A DNA stretch of 64,000 nt, taken from Gekko japonicus. Lineage: Eukaryota. How positions within the stretch are numbered: the stretch's first letter is position 1; every line of letters starts with the position of its first letter. The stretch lies in assembly GCF_001447785.1 (NCBI RefSeq), contig NW_015165245.1, forward strand, positions 434,795 through 498,794, given 5' to 3'. The notes under the pieces are model-generated. The model did not search any database. It worked only from the letters and a program-made list of their open reading frames with translations, and was not told the origin of the DNA. Below, one piece after another: positions 22,208 to 35,025 of this stretch. Position numbers and translations under genes: made by a program.

Positions 22208-25200
22208 GTTAGAATATCAGTTCTATTTTGTATATTATTATTTTTTTATATATGTATAATTTTTTGTTTTAGATTTCAGAAGATAGGTGCCAACACTACT
22301 ACATTTTCATATGTATTAAGGAACTCTTAAGTTATGGTCTAAACAAGGCAGAGAGTACTATTGTATTTATTTTCAGCTTGAGTGTTTATTTTAATAATTC
22401 TTTTTCCTTCTCTCTCCTGTTCATTTTGCAGGACTCTACTGCTGTACCAGTGGTAAGACTGAATTTTATTTTAAATTCTGCTAAAATCATAAAATGATAT
22501 AAATGTTCTTATGGTGGATTGCTTTGCATAAACCGAATAAATATTTGGTCATAATTTGCTACCCAATAAATCCCGTACAGAAATGCTTGTTACCAGTTTT
22601 ATCAATCGTTTCTGAAGCTTTTAAACATTGTTACTCCTCAAGTGACGGGGGGAGGGAAGGTGGCATGGTATAGCCTGATCTCATCAGCTCGGAAGCCAAG
22701 CAGGATCAGCCCTGGTTAGTACTTGGAAGGGAGACCAACCAAGGAAGACTCTGCAGAGGAAGGCAATGGCCAACCACCTCTGCTGCTCACTTGCCTTGAA
22801 AGTCCCTTGCTGGGGTCCCCGTAAATCAGCTGTGGCTTGAGAGCACTTTCCAGACACACAAAGTTATGGGATACCAATAGAAATTTTATCAATGCATCTG
22901 ACCCCAGTGAAATTACACAAATTTTTAACAATTATTTTATTTTATTATCAGATTTATACACCGCTATCCCAGCCAGAGCCGGCTCAGGGCGGCTTACAGA
23001 TCTGAGGATCATTAGTTATTATAGTTATATTACTGTGGTTATATTTTGGGATAATCTAGAGTCTACCTGTAGTTTGGAAGTGATCCGTCATTCCTACATT
23101 TTGTATGTGCATGGCATGCAATGCACACTGACAAATAACCACAGGGGGCAAGCACTATCGTAGAAGAGGGGTTGCTCCTCATTCACATGGGTGGGGTTGT
23201 CTCTGCTAAAACAATGTCAGCATTATCTCAAATATGTATGCACACATCATCTAAAAACACAGAAATAGTACCCCCTCTTCAGAATCATTGTTCCATTCCT
23301 ATAAAAATCTATCTGGGTTTCCAGTGTAATCTTCAACACTGGCTTCAATGGCCTTAGAAGGTTTAGGATTGCACTGTTAATGGTTTAGTTAGCAGACTAA
23401 TCTATAAAATCTCATTCTGTTGATTGATTATCGGTTTTAATTTAGGAGAGCCTTTGTGGACCTCTGAGAGGCTTGAGATTTGGTACTAATACTTGAGAGT
23501 TAGTAAGTGGAACCATTCTGTGTGGAGTGATTGCAAATTTGTGTGTTTTGTTGGCCATGCTCTTTTTTACAGTTTTATTGGTCTGTGTTGGAAATTATAG
23601 TTGTTACTGGCCTTCCATCACAATTTCTTTTAGGAGAAAGGTGGGCTTATAATTTTAAACAATAATATAAATGAACATATTAAGAGTACTTCAATCAGGT
23701 AATGCTACTACTAGTATAAATCAGACCATCTAATTGTCTTCATATTCCTAATAACAAGCTCATAAACAATTGGTCATTTACACAGTTATTTTAATGGACA
23801 AAATACCTAAACTTTTCTCATCTTTCATCTTGCAAAGCTCTGTGGGATACACTATAATTATTCCCATTTTAGAAGTGAAGGAAGCTTCCCAAAGGTTGGG
23901 GTTTGAACTCTTGTTCAAAAGCCAAAAGAACTGGCATCCCAATCATGGTCTGGTTTTCTGCATGCATTTGTACTTAAGGAGTCCTTACTCATTATTGTGA
24001 TCCCCTAGGGCCAGTGTAATGAAGACTGGTTTAACCATGTTAACAATGCCATCCTGAATTACACCTGTCTAAACTCATTGAGTTCAGTGGACTTAGAAGG
24101 GTATAACTCTGTTGAGATTTGTATAGTAAGTGCTCTGCACTCAGAGCCAAATGGCACATTATGTCATACACGAGTCCACCACAGGGACTCACAACCAGAT
24201 TGCAGCTGAGAGTTCCCAGTGGGAACTCCATTTAAAAGCATCATGGGGCCCCAATTCAGATCAGATTCAGACTACACAGGAAGAGGAGGTGTTTGGGAAA
24301 ATGGCACAGGGGTGAAGGCAGGAGCCCTCCCTCTGCATCATTGTTCCATAATATTTTCCTAGTCTTTGAAGACTGTATGAGATAATTTTGTGGACCAAGA
24401 GCTGTTAGTGAAACAGAACAAGCATTTTTTGTTTCAGTTTTTTTCTCTTTACTCAGAATGAAACCAGCATGTAATCTTTACTGTCTGTGCTTAGTCATAC
24501 AACGAATACAAATAAAAGTGTTGACCTGGCAGCTGGTTGGAAGTAATTGCTTCAGATATTTCCTGTGCATTCAGCACTCCTCTCTACCACAACTCAGTCA
24601 TATCCAACCTGTGCTGTGTGAGCTGTAATTGCTTCCAGTGGAGCACCAGATCAAGTTCAAGGTGCTGGTTCTGATCTTTGAGGCCCTTACTGGTCAGGGA
24701 CTCACATACCTTCAGGACCACCTCTCTCAGTATGCCCCCAATAGAGCATTACGCTTGGGTAGCAAAAATCTCCTGGTTGGTCCCCGGCCCGAGAGAGATC
24801 CGTAATACTTACATAAAAGTCATGATCTTCTTATATGAGTGAATGCACAGATACCTAGTATAGTTGACTATTTCTGCAAATACAATTATGATATAGGATT
24901 GAAATGTGGCAGTAAATACACTGTAGTTGGTCATCTTGATTGATACAGATTACGATAGAAGCTGTATTTATTCTTTATTTCTTCCCTCTGATGTTGTACA
25001 GATTGAAGGTGAGGGTGAAGGAGTGGATGCACGAGGGCACAGGCCGGTCAACAAACAACGGGAACCAGTTCCAACATTCAGGCCAGCTCCTCCTCCTCCT
25101 AGCGGTGGCCTTAGATACCGAGCTCGTCCAACAAAAGCCCCTGCCCGGGGTCAAGCTGTACAGCAGATAGTTTACCCTGACAGCGGAGGCTGCAGACATG

Positions 25201-28200
25201 CGTCAGAGGAATTGGTAGGTATATTTGCTGTGATACTCCTATGGGAACAGACGGTTTAATAGTAGCAGGTCTCTTTCTGTTTTCAGGGGTTACCTCCGAG
25301 TTCAGTGTGTCCTTACAAGGGTTATGACAGGAATCATGTGGCTATGCGTTCACCCTTTGCAGCAGCTCATTGGCATCTCAGAGCATACATGGATGTGTTA
25401 GAACATTAATTCCTCATGAATGTGGCTGTTTCTGAGCTACTTTCTGCTTGAATTAGTCTGTATATCTTAGGTGTTGGATCCAGAATAAATGTTCCACTCC
25501 TTGTGGGGGGGGGGCAATTTCGATTCCACCTTCTCATGGTAGCCTCCCCCCCCCCATGTCATTCCCCAGGGCATTTCATGGAGATCAGTAGGATGCAGAG
25601 GGAAGGCCAGACAGGAAGTTCTGTTCTGTTAATGGAACCCACTCTAGGTGGTTACATTATTTTTGCTTCTTATGTTTTAGCACTGTCATTACTACTATTT
25701 AAAAATTTATCTTGTTTACACAGTATGGCACATAATCACTTCACACCCCAACTTCATGATTCTTCTGTTATGAATTATGTACAATGAACTCGTTATCCAG
25801 TTTATTGGTTTGTTTACCATTTCTTCATACACACTTAAAAAGCTCCATTTGTATGTACTGACAGTGGTACAAGTACTGTTTCTTTTGTGAGTGCCACTTA
25901 CCTAGTGGTGTGATTCTGCATCACTCAAGGTATATAAATATATATATACTAGCAGTAAAGCCCGTTGTGAAAGCAATACAACGAGATCTAGAAAGAGGCT
26001 CTGGGGGAGTGCTCTGGCTTTGGGCAAACAGTGTCAATTTGCTGTGGTGACCTCAGCAGGGTATAATGACAGAGTCCACTGTTTTCTCCAGAGGAACTGA
26101 TCTCTGCTACCTGAAGAGCAGTTGTAATTGTGAGTGATCTGTGGCCCTCACCTGGAGACTGGCAGCAATTGTTACCCAGGACAAAGTGGCTGGTTTGGAG
26201 GGTGGAGTCTATGGCACTGTAACCTGTCTGCGGTCCCCATCTCCCCGGGCAGCTTTTAAAACATTATCCTGGGACCTACACACCACCAGACATTCCAACT
26301 GCCTTGCGGGGGGGGGGGTGAGTTTGAGGTGTGGAATGCAGTGAAGTCCAATCAGCTTCCATATGCAAAAGACCTTGAAGGTTCCATATGCAATTGACAT
26401 TCCAACTGCCTTGCGGGGGGGGGGGTGAGTTTGAGGTGTGGAATGCAGTGAAGTCCAATCAGCTTCCATATGCAAAAGACCTTGAAGGTTCCATATGCAA
26501 TTGACATTCCAACTGCCTTGCGGGGGGGGGGGTGAGTTTGAGGTGTGGAATGCAGTGAAGTCCAATCAGCTTCCATATGCAAAAGACCTTGAAGGTTCCA
26601 TATGCAATTGACATTCCAACTGCCTTGCGGGGGGGGGGGTGAGTTTGAGGTGTGGAATGCAGTGAAGTCCAATCAGCTTCCATATGCAAAAGACCTTGAA
26701 GGTTCCATATGCAATTGACATTCCAACTGCCTTGCGGGGGGGGGGGTGAGTTTGAGGTGTGGAATGCAGTGAAGTCCAATCAGCTTCCATATGCAAAAGA
26801 CCTTGAAGGTTCCATATGCAATTGACATTCCAACTGCCTTGCGGGGGGGGGGGTGAGTTTGAGGTGTGGAATGCAGTGAAGTCCAATCAGCTTCCATATG
26901 CAAAAGACCTTGAAGGTTCCATATGCAATTGACATTCCAACTGCCTTGCGGGGGGGGGGGTGAGTTTGAGGTGTGGAATGCAGTGAAGTCCAATCAGCTT
27001 CCATATGCAAAAGACCTTGAAGGTTCCATATGCAATTGACATTCCAACTGCCTTGCGGGGGGGGGGGTGAGTTTGAGGTGTGGAATGCAGTGAAGTCCAA
27101 TCAGCTTCCATATGCAAAAGACCTTGAAACACTGGGCGGGACTGCACAAAGCAGCCAGTCAACCCAGCCAGCGTCTTCTGACTGACAGTTCAAGCGTCCA
27201 TACACTAAAGGAGTGCATTTTAGAACTTTGGCACCCACTATTCAATTATATATAAGGAGAGATATAAATCCTAATCGACTGCATTTGTAACTAGGTCTTT
27301 TTTTAAAAAGGGAGTGCTATGTCCAACTGGATGTGAGCTGCAAACTGCACTGGTAAAACAGGAAAGAACAGTGAAACCATCTATTGCAGATCTAGACAAG
27401 AAAATACGTGCCCTAGAAAGAACCTCTTCCACTTTCTATGAGTTCACCAACCAACTGGATCAGCGGTTAACGAAAAGACAGAAACAAGTAAAAGGTAACC
27501 ATTGCCTGTGTTATTTATCCCATTAGTAAACTGGTGTGCAGACCAAGCTGTTTTGCTCTTGGTTTCAGTGGAAAAGACTCCTCTAGGAAGGCTACAAATA
27601 ATGAGCACTGTGAGGTGAGCCAGTTCACATGACCAGACTGAGCTCTGGGTACTCCCTCAGCAACTTGAAGTCAACCAGTGATGGGGTACTGGCACTGCAA
27701 TTAACTACCCAGCACAAACTGTGACATCTTCAAGACTCATTCACAGAAGGTCTCAAACTTTCCCAAGTTTTCTGAACATGTGTAGTACCTGTGATGTGGG
27801 TTGAGTGGATCTATATAGTCTTACACACGTGTGTGTCATGTGACTGCTTCCAGATGCAACTGATTTGTGAGACACCCTATATTAATTGTGTCACTTTTCA
27901 ACCATAATCCTGGTCAAAGTAGCCTTTTTGTTAAGCCTTGGGAATGTAAAACCTGTTTAAGCATCATGCATTAAAACCAGCACATTAATAATGACCTCAT
28001 TTGGTCACGGGAACTGACCCTCAGTTTAAGAAATTAGGGCAATGATTCTTGGCCAGAGTAGTGGGTCAGATTATCCACTGTGTCCCTCAAATGTTTGACC
28101 AGGTAAAAAATGGAAGGCAAAACTTTTTTTATATAAACTACTTTATAAACTACTTTATATGTTTATAAACTACTTTAATCAGGTTGCCATCTTGTTAGGG

Positions 28201-31200
28201 TTTTTTTTAAAAAAAAATCTGTTTATAAGAATTTTCTTTTTTCTAGATAATGAGAATATAATTTCTGAATACAACAAAGAGGTTGAGCAGCATTACATTT
28301 TCATCAAAGAGAACATGGACAGCAACATACCATCTAATCTGAAAATACTTCGTAGTATTGTGGACACTTTGCACCAAAAATTAGAAAAACTGGAAAGCGT
28401 TGTCACATCCCAGTTGGACAGCTGCCAGACTCCTTGTACAGTTTCATGCAATATCCCAGTTGTCTCTGGCAAAGGTAACATTTCATATCCTTTTTTTATC
28501 TTGCTCTACAGTTAGGTATATAGGCAGCCTTCAAGAAGCTACCAGGGCATTGCACAAAGAACCTTATTAGAGGTACTTCCAAACTTCTAATCTGATTTTC
28601 TCCTTAGATTTCAGAGATCCAAATTACAAAGTCTGGTTTCCAAAGTGGAGCATTAAAAGCTTTGTTGTTACATTTTTTTTAATTTCCAAGTTTGGTATAA
28701 ATCATTGTACATGGGCAGTTTGCTGTCTTCTAGGCAATTGCACATTTCCACCTGATTTATACTTGCTTGTTGATAAAACACAGCCAAAAAAAAAAAAAAA
28801 GCAGCAATCTTGACTGTGATTGTACCAGGGGTGGACTGGGAGGGAAAGCTGGGGAAGAGCCCCTCCCCAAAGAACAGACGGAGAGGCAGCTTGGTTGCCC
28901 TGCCCCTGCCCACCCAAAGGAGAAAGGGAGAGTCACCCTGCCTGCCCATGCAGGCCCCATGCAACTCTTGTGCCACTGGGCTGGTCCAGCCCAGGTGAGG
29001 GGAGGCCATCAACCTACCTGGAAAAGCCCTGGTGGCCATAATGGCCAGTCCACCTCTGTGTATATAATTGCATGAAGAGTCCTTTTCTATGGTGTTTTAC
29101 CAATGCAGATAAGTGCATGTGTGCGTCAGTAAAGCACTGGCACAATCACTGCTACAATTGTATCAGGATTGTTTCTTACAGTATTTTATCAGTGTGCGCG
29201 TGCACAGTGGTAACATATCGGGAGAAAGATATAAAGGAGCTGAATGAGCAGAAAACTGCACATGCTCAGTTCTCCTAGTTAAACCAGACTTAATGAGGAG
29301 CACACAGTGAAATTCCAGAACAATAAAGGAAAAATCCACTTGTGCCACATTGCCCACTTTTATCAGGTATAGTAGTGCTGCAGTGAGCAAACAATAACCA
29401 GAAGGAAGCCTATCAGTGTCTTCTCTTTTTTGTTTGCACTTTCCACTTTTGTGAGCGCCCCACCTTTTGCAGTGCCTCAGGTAGTTCCACCTACAGTTAC
29501 AGCTTCTGAGTTATGGCTGGCTGCTGATACCTGAGAGTGCAGCAACCCTACAAAAAACCCTTCTCTCTCACCTTCTTATCAACTCCCTATTATGAAGAGA
29601 TCTAAAACGATCCTACTGATGTTTCACTGCCCTTTCTTTTCAACCAGTTGATGCATGCATGGGCATCAGGCCTCTGACATCTCAGGTTTATTGAATGAAA
29701 ACTCCATTGCACTGAATCCTGAAAGAGTTCACATCTTGAAAGAGATCACAGCTTCCATAGTAGTTCAATAAAATTTATCAGGATTTTTTTGGGAGGGGGG
29801 ATTTCTAAATATAATTCCCAAGAGCACTGTTGACTTCCACAGGGTATGGGCCACAGACGTAAATACACATTAGACATCCTGTATGTAAGGAGTTTGAATA
29901 GATTTCGTTGTTTGCTCCCATTACAGAGTGTGAAGACATAATTAGGAAAGGAGGCGAAACATCAGAATTGTACCTTATTCAACCTGATCCTATTTTCAAA
30001 CCTTACAGAGTTTACTGTGACATGACCACAGAAAATGGAGGTGAGTGTTAAGGAAGTCATAATAGTCATGTTTTTTTCACTGTCTGTCTTCAGTAGCTTC
30101 TACAGGCAAACATGGGTGTGGTCTGTGATTCTAACTATGAAATTAGTTTCTTAAAAAAATAAATATAATACACAGTTTCTAAAAATGTGATAGAGATTTT
30201 AATTTTGTTGAGTTTACGCCCTCTATAGTTTTTTGTATTATAGATGCAATCCTGCCAAAGTTAAGCCCTTTGTTAAATTCCAGTGATTCAACGAGAGAGA
30301 GACTGATATCAATTGGACTAAAAAGCACTGAACTTTGGCTGGATAATATCTTATAAAGTTTATTTCTGTGTCAAATATGTTGTAGCTTGCCTTTGAGAGA
30401 GGGAGGAATTAATTTCTGTAGATGCATAACTAGCTGCCAGTGAAATCACTGGATTTTAAGTGCTCCACTAGCCACCAGAGTCCCAGTATTATCTGAGGTA
30501 TTTAGAGCTGCCAACTCGGGGTTCAGAAATTCCTGGATATCTAGGGGTGATGCCAGGGGAGGGCAGAGTTTGGGAAGTGGAGGTAGTTTGGGGGACGTGT
30601 GAGCTCTGTGGTATACCACCAAATCTGTCCTCCAAAGCTGCCGTTTCCTCCAGAGGAACTGGTCTCTGACGTCTGGAGATAATTCCGGGAGAACTCCAGG
30701 CCCCGCCTGGAGGGTGGCAATCCTAGTGGTATTTAGGTTTACCAAGTTGTGTGAGAAATGGGAGAAGTTCCCAACAGATTGTGCACTTTCTGTGGAAAGC
30801 ACACAGATCATATTTAGTAAAATAAAGCATTTTAAGACTCAAAACATTTAAGCTGAATTAGTGATGGCTTTGGAAATGGCCTGTGCCAGGATATTTCATT
30901 TTTTAAAAAAATGAAATGATATTAGTTCATGAGAAATAATCATTACATTTGGATGTCCCTCTCCCAATTTGACAGGCTGGACTCTTATTCAGAACCGCCA
31001 AGATGGCAGTGTTGGTTTTGGAAGAACATGGGATTCATACAAAAAAGGGTTTGGAAATATTGCATTGAGTGGTGGAAAGAACTATTGTGACACGCCAGGT
31101 AAGAATTTGACTTTGAACAGCTGGTAATAATAAATTAATCCCTGCTGTTGCTCCTTGTGCAGAAAGTGAGGTCTCTTATCTTACGCTTCAGCTAAGTTGT

Positions 31201-33138
31201 GAGTACTTGTGCTGTTCTTTTGTGTGAGCTCACAAATAGGGGAACTGGTCTTGTCATTTACGTCTTGAGCCCAACACTTGTAAGACTGAGGCTGCTCTCT
31301 TGAGCTTTTGTGCATTTATGCATGGTTCTGGGATTTAACCCCACATTTTAGTCAAAGGGGGATATTTTGTCTCAGTTCTCTCCCCTCTCTCCTCATCAGG
31401 CTGACCTTCCATTTTAATGTAGTCTCTGCAAAGCTTTCTTGAAAGTCCTTCAGTCAATTTGTTTTTGTTGTGTCACAGGTGAATATTGGCTTGGAAATGA
31501 AAGAATCAGCCAGCTAACCAAAACAGGACCTACTGAAGTTTTAATTGAACTGGAAGACTGGAATGGTGATAAAGTTAAGGCACATTATGAACGATTCAGT
31601 GTGCAGGGAGAAGCAAACAAGTACCAGCTCTCTGTTAGTAACTATAAGGGAACAGCTGGAAATGCTCTTATGGAAGGAGCTTCGCAGCTGCAAGGCGTGA
31701 ACCGAACAATGACTGTCCATAATGGCATGTTTTTCAGCACTTTTGACAGAGACAATGATAGATGGTATGTGTATTTTCATCTGCCATTCTTCTTCACATA
31801 TTAGAAACTTCACATATCAGAAACTTCTGCTTCTTTATGGATACCAATTCTTTTCATGATTTCTCACCATCTTTTATTTCTTTATCTTGCCTGTTGGTGT
31901 GATTATCTCCTTACTCTGTTCCTGGATGTACAAATTTTGGCTTGATACATGAAATACTAAAAGAAACACCTGTTGTTTTTAATTGTGAGGAACCTGTACA
32001 GAAGATTTGGCATTCAGAGCTATGTCAAAGGCAAAGGGAGAAGGGAGGCTGGGTAATTAAACGGGGATAAAAATATACATATGATAAGTTGCTTAAAACT
32101 AATGATTGGCATGCTCGATGATAAAATGGATAAACTATAATTTTAAGACATGTGTAACTGGAGATGGATTGCTTTACAAATGCTGCAATTCTTTGCTCAC
32201 CTAGCATTACATAGCCCTTATTGAAATCATTGGGCTGGATCCATTAAATCCCTTTGATAAACTTGTTAAAGGATGTCTTTCTCCATCTGGGGAAGGTTTA
32301 GGAGAAGGGAGTACTTGAAACCAATTCATTCCGTCCTGGTTGGCTCATAGGCTCCAGTGTGGACCTCTAAAGTCCCCACCCCCCCCGAGCTGTAGCCTGG
32401 AGAATATTATTAAGAATACAATAGATCCTCACTATTTGTAGGGATCCATTCCTGGAATCACTGTGAATGATGACATTTGTGAATACTGGGAGGCAGAGAA
32501 TGTGCTGCCTCTCAGTAGCAGAACAGCCATATTTCCTGCAAAATGTAAGCAAAAGCCTGAAGGAAACCACATCACATTGTTTGGACAATGAATAAATAAA
32601 ATGAAGAATCATTAATCTGTGAATGATGAGGGTGTACTGTGTGCAGTACATTTTGTCTGGAGGACTGTGAGGCAATCTTCTGAGATAGAAATGTTGATTT
32701 AAGAGGGCAGACCTTATTAAAGCAAGGTATTATTTTATTTATTTATTTATTTATTTGATTTATATCTCACCCTCCCCACCGAAGCAGGCTCTGAATTCAC
32801 AATTACGTGTCTGTTGGAAGTGAAGAGAATATTCACAGGGAATGTACCTAATGTCTTATGAGGGCGCAGGTGTCTTGATCAACAACACTGATTTCTGTGT
32901 TTTCCCTCACAGGACGACAGACCCCAAAAAACAGTGTGCTAAGGAAGATGCTGGTGGTTGGTGGTATAATCGCTGTCATTCAGCCAATCCAAATGGCAGA
33001 TACTACTGGAATGGAGTGTATACACCAGATATGACAAAACATGGAACAGATGATGGAGTTGTATGGATGAATTTTAAAGGGTCTTGGCATTCACTGAAGA
33101 AAGTGAGCATGAAAATTCGGCCCTTCTTCCAACAATAA
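22112..33138 (+). CDS. FGB: Fibrinogen beta chain (complete, 496 aa with the micro-exon)
   Basis: Exons 22112-22207, 22432-22452, 25002-25214, 27311-27494, 28247-28474, 29927-30040, 30976-31098, 31479-31764 and 32913-33138 sum to 1491 nt, in frame. Features: signal peptide MKLLLLFLL, thrombin site DAR|GHR, CPTGC and CQTPC rings, and a FReD domain ending KIRPFFQQ. Confidence 0.97.
22432..22452 (+). CDS. FGB: FGB 21-nt micro-exon (DSTAVPV)
   Basis: Long polypyrimidine tract, then ttttgcag|GACTCTACTGCTGTACCAGTG|gtaaga; phase 0-0. Confidence 0.75.
22665..22858 (+). mobile_element. 5S rRNA-derived SINE
   Basis: Head gcctgatctcatcagctcggaagccaagcagg...ctggttagtacttggaagggagacc resembles 5S rRNA; non-5S tail ggcaatggccaaccacctctg. 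Confidence 0.75.
24625..24800 (+). mobile_element. Short L2 LINE 3' fragment
   Basis: Resembles the L2 C-terminal motif ([16 protein letters not shown]...LQDHL); similar to the element at 9053-10790. Confidence 0.6.
25002..25214 (+). CDS. FGB: FGB exon (end of FpB, knob B GHRP, to [10 protein letters not shown])
   Basis: gtacag|ATT GAA GGT...GAA TTG|gtaggt; within ORF 24927..25259. Confidence 0.92.
25949..27262 (-). mobile_element. Non-autonomous Helitron in an FGB intron
   Basis: On the minus strand it starts A|TCTCTCCTTATATATAAT and ends with the hairpin CTCGTTGT-attgctttc-ACAACGGG then CTAG|T. No TSD; inserted between A and T. Confidence 0.8.
26289..27128. repeat. 107-bp tandem repeat, about 7.8 essentially identical copies
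   Basis: Unit gacattccaactgccttgcG(11)tgagtttgaggtgtggaatgcagtgaagtccaatcagcttccatatgcaaaagaccttgaaggttccatatgcaatt. Identical ORFs in the track recur every 107 bp. Confidence 0.97.
27311..27494 (+). CDS. FGB: FGB exon ([11 protein letters not shown]...QVK)
   Basis: aaaaag|GGA GTG CTA TGT...AAA G|gtaacc; 184 nt. Confidence 0.95.
28247..28474 (+). CDS. FGB: FGB exon (DNENII...CNIPVVSGK)
   Basis: ttctag|AT AAT GAG...AAA G|gtaaca; 228 nt. Confidence 0.95.
29927..30040 (+). CDS. FGB: FGB exon ([21 protein letters not shown]...YCDMTTENG)
   Basis: ttacag|AG TGT GAA...GGA G|gtgagt; 114 nt. Confidence 0.95.
30503..30725. mobile_element. hAT (Tip100-like TAGGGTTGCCA TIR) MITE
   Basis: TAGAGCTGCCA ... 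TGGCAATCCTA with a near-perfect 8-bp TSD, GAGGTATT / GTGGTATT. Confidence 0.7.
30976..31098 (+). CDS. FGB: FGB exon ([27 protein letters not shown]...YCDTP)
   Basis: gacag|GC TGG ACT...CCA G|gtaag; 123 nt. Confidence 0.95.
31479..31764 (+). CDS. FGB: FGB exon (GEYWLGNE...[11 protein letters not shown])
   Basis: cacag|GT GAA TAT...AGA TG|gtatgt; 286 nt; keeps the NRT glycosylation sequon. Confidence 0.96.
32913..33138 (+). CDS. FGB: FGB last exon ([22 protein letters not shown]...KIRPFFQQ*)
   Basis: ctcacag|G ACG ACA...CAA TAA; AATAAA at 33149-33154. Confidence 0.96.
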
Positions 33139-34227
33139 TAATTATCAAAATAAATAGTAATAAGATTTTTTGCTCACATCTTTCCATGATACTCGATCTT
33201 GACTTTTCATGAAAGTAATAAGAAAAAATTACCTATGTGTATAAAAGCCAAGATATTATGCATAATATGTGACTAAAATTGTACCATGAAAACAGCCTGC
33301 AAATATTATTTGTGATGTGAACAAGACATGCACTACTGAAACTACTTAGTTAGCCCATTTCCCCTCCCAGTATTAAAATGTTCTATTCCATTTAAAATTG
33401 AATTCAGATCCCTGAATATAGAAGTCTTGTGATACCTTGAAGACTGACTTTTATTCTAGCATGAACCTGTAGACTAGAGTTTACTTGGTAAGATGCATGT
33501 ACCCAGGCCTCATTAGGCAGACACATATATATTTGTAAACAGCAGGATCAAAGGACCATGAAATGCAGGATAAGCAAGGCAAGATTTAAGTGATCAAGAA
33601 AAAAATACAGACCATTCACAATAGCTGTAATTGGTAATAACTTCTAATTCAGGCTGGAGTCCATCTAGTCCTGCATTCTGCTTCAAATAGTGGCCTGCCA
33701 GATGCCTCCAGTTCACATGAAGGCAAAACCTCTCTCCTGTTATTTGTCCTCAGCATTTGATATTCAGATGTATAATACTTCTGAACATGGAGGTTCCTGT
33801 GCATACGGGCATTCCATTTATTTAAAGTGACATGTTCAAGCAAAGCTCACTCTTGCAGATCTTGCTTGCTTGTGTACCTATGCATTAAAATGTTTACTTC
33901 ATTTGTCATCTGCCTTCCTCATTGACACTCAAGGTGGATTGCAGAATTATAAAAGATAAGGTAATACGGACAGTATAGTGCATACTATGAACAATGCAAT
34001 AAAACTAGATTTCAGGAATGAAAAAACAATGAAGTACAAGCAGTGTCATATGTCACATACGCTGGATATCGCAATTAGAGAACCAAAGTCCAATAAGCTG
34101 GATTTCACAAATACAAGATGCTGAACTTCCGGCAGCATAGATCATCCAGTAAGCAATGCAGTACAAAAAGGGGAAGGAAAAATTGCCTCACAATTTCACA
34201 GATGGTTACAATTAAAACTTTATTGGT

Positions 34228-34445
34228 GGTGGTGGAAAGTGCTGTCAAATTGCAGCCAACTTATGACGACCCTGTAGGGTTTTCAAGGCCAGAGATGTTC
34301 AGAAGTGGTCTGCCACTGCCTGCCTCTGCATAGCAGCCCTCGACTTCCTTGCTGGTCTCCCATCCAAGTACTAACCAGGGGTAACCTTACTTAGCTTCCG
34401 GGATCTGATGAGCCTGGGCTAGCCTGGGTCAGCCAAGTCAGGGCA
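34228..34445 (-). mobile_element. 5S rRNA-derived SINE
   Basis: Reverse complement of the 5S-like head (ggtctcccatccaagtactaaccagg...cttagcttccgggatctgatgag) plus the same tail as the copy at 22665. Confidence 0.75.
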
Positions 34446-34799
34446 AAACGTTACCACCTTTATAGAAAATGCCCTTCCTGCAGAGTTCTGTTTTACGACC
34501 CCTTCTTTCCCTTTAAGCAAATGCCCTCTTGAGCACTACAGTTTTAGACATTTTTTGAAATGATAGATATGTGGGAGTCATTCATACCTCACCACTGCAT
34601 CAGCTGAACTTCATCCAGTTCAGTTATTGAAGGTGATTCATTACATGCTAACACTTAAGTCCAAACATGTTAATTATGTTAATTCAACTCCAAGCCGTGA
34701 TATTTTAGCAAGGTCCTTTGCTGATTTAAAATGCTTCCATCTGTTCTGACTTGCAGGCTAAGTGGGGAGTAGATCTAGTACCTGCTTGACCTTTTCCTG

Positions 34800-35025
34800 T
34801 TTACTTATTTACTTAATTTATATTCCACTTTTCTCCCCAATGAAAATCCAAAATGGCATAAAATACTCCGCAGTCCTTCATTTTGTGCTCATAACTATTC
34901 TGTAAGGTAGAGAGAGAGTGACTGGCTCTAGGTCACCCAGCAACCTTTCATGGGAGACTGGGGATTTGACCCTAGGTCTCCCAGATCCTGGTCCAGTACT
35001 GCAATTACTACACCACACTGGCTCT
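34800..35025 (-). mobile_element. tRNA-derived CORE/MIR-like SINE
   Basis: Reverse complement of the family at 11028 (ctacaccacactggctct end; T-rich tail). Confidence 0.65.

Noticed and set aside
22665-22745. 5S rRNA gene (also 34350-34430 and 58463-58550)
   Set aside because: Partial, diverged and fused to a repeat tail, so these are SINE heads rather than rRNA genes.
26209-27162. Series of identical 106-aa ORFs ([15 protein letters not shown]...)
   Set aside because: These are translation artefacts of the 107-bp tandem repeat. It is not a gene family, and it is not CRISPR because there are no unique spacers.
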